From Squalus acanthias (taxonomy: Eukaryota): a stretch of 64,000 nt of DNA. Numbering within the stretch: position 1 is the stretch's first letter; the number at the start of each line of letters is the position of its first letter. A program made the position numbers and the translations under genes. Below the pieces are notes generated by a model. It had not been told where the DNA came from. It saw only the letters and a list, made by a program, of their open reading frames with translations, and ran no database searches. Below, one piece after another: positions 62,377 through 64,000 of the stretch. Location: positions 165,666,001-165,730,000 of the forward strand of contig CM059425.1 in assembly GCA_030390025.1 (NCBI GenBank), written 5' to 3'.

Positions 62377-64000
62377 GCACTTGGTCTAGAAGGATGTTAG
62401 GAGAAATATTGAAGGGATGTGGTGGCACATTAGGGTAAACTTGGAGGTAGTCTGGATTGGTGTTAAATAACACGGAAATAAGGAGGATTGCGAATTGGGC
62501 TTGCTGACCTCTGATTCTCTTCTGCTTTCCTATTGAGCAAGACTTCCTGCTGTGAGCAGGATATCTGAAGATATACCCGTGTTCGAGCATCATATGATGT
62601 GCCACGTAGTTGTGGGACATGAAGTTTGGTTCACTATTCCCTCACACACTGAGCTGCCTATCTCTGACGTGTCTCCCTCCTTGCGGCCTATCTTTTGGCA
62701 GAGAACTAGGAGCAGGTCCTTCACCTTCTTTACTTTAATACTCAGGTTTGTTTCAGGGTTGCAGCGTGTGAGCTGAAACTTGAAAACGTAGCTGGTCCAG
62801 TGAGATTGGAATTCGGGCTGCACCTGGTAGTCTGAAGGTTAATAGACAACATTGTCATGATCCATTTGCTGATAGTATTTACTCATTTTAATTAAGCTCC
62901 TTTAGGAGAGAGCTCTATCTTCCTCACCTAGTCTCTTGATGAGGTCATCAGCATTCACTGTTTAATTTTCAAAATTTCAACAAAACTGGAAGGAAAAAAA
63001 GACAATGATGTGAAGAATGGTCACAATTATTTTTTTATTTTAAAAGGGGGAAACAGTGAGATTCCATCTTTACAGCAACAACTTGGATTGATACAGTTAA
63101 ATCAAAGGTCTGACCTGCTAACTATAAGACTATCAAGGACAACACAGTGTAACCCTGAATTGTATTATATAGTAATGCTGCACGCAAACCCCACTGTTCA
63201 TTTTGAAACCGAAAGCTGGTTTGGAATCTAACTGAATAACAGCAGAAAAGTCAGTCTGTGTTTGAGCCAAGGCAAGGTTGGGTAGCCATCTGTCTGAGGT
63301 TTCAGGATCTGATTTAGGACAGTATTACAGTAACATTAAAATAAATATGTATAATTGCATTTTTGTAGTAAAACTTTAAGTATATATATTTTGTTCACAA
63401 GATTTAAAGCAGTGAAGCTAGTTTAAATAAGTTTGTTAATCTGACAGAAGAGGACAATATCAGGATGGAAGCTTTGAACTATTTGGTTAAACAGATTTAA
63501 ATCCTGGGAACAATTTAACTTTTTTTGCTCCAGTGGCTGATTAAGTAGCTAACTTGAAAGTAGAAAATGCTGGAAATGCACAGCAAGTCAGTCATCAACT
63601 ATTGTTGGTGGGTTTGCTCCCACATCTCAAAGCCTGTACCTGTTTGGCCTAAATGGGCAGCCATGTAGAGAGCTGGTGTGAGAAATGAAAACATTCACAC
63701 TGGTGCAGTAGGTGTGCTCTTCAGCGGTTGATGTTAAGGCCCATTTTGGAGAAGATGGTGTTTTACTCTGCATGTGCTCCTGCACACCCAAGTCAAGTAT
63801 AGCACAATACCGACACTGTCCCCATTGGAGAAACGTGTTGTACTTCTTAGTGCTGAGATCCCTTGTCTTCATGAGCACAAAAAAAATCAACAAAGTGTCT
63901 TAAAGTGAACAGAAATATTGAAGACTGCTAAATGTAGCGGTCACTGAAACGATGAGGACTGCCACACGTGGCTGTCAGGTTTATAATACTAAGGCGGCCC

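Noticed and set aside
62590..62823. Possible terminal coding exon on the minus strand (VQPEFQSHW..)
   Set aside because: No recognisable domain and a weak acceptor, so it cannot be supported without expression data.

Overview
Repeat-dense, gene-poor vertebrate DNA, most likely a cartilaginous fish. That assignment is inferred from the CR1/L2 LINEs, Deu-domain (SacSINE1/AmnSINE1-type) SINEs and Penelope-like families present. No host protein-coding gene could be identified with confidence. The window is mostly nested, decayed transposons: two near full-length CR1 LINEs (esterase ORF1 plus APE/RT ORF2); a fossil two-gene PIF/Harbinger element (33.1-49.6 kb) split by several layers of insertions; about 10 Harbinger-type MITEs; two Penelope-like families with minimal hammerhead ribozymes and inverted pLTRs; G-rich and hairpin minisatellites; and a housekeeping-type promoter near 58 kb. 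The most unusual feature is a ~3.2 kb single-ORF APE/RT LINE present twice (10384-13618 on +, 39666-48186 on -). Its 5' end is a tRNA(Thr-AGT)-like Pol III promoter, its sense strand has essentially no TTTT Pol III terminators, and it has no conserved AUG. SINEs in the window look like its internal-deletion derivatives. It is a candidate Pol III-transcribed protein-coding LINE/SINE system. All calls were made by eye, without database searches.
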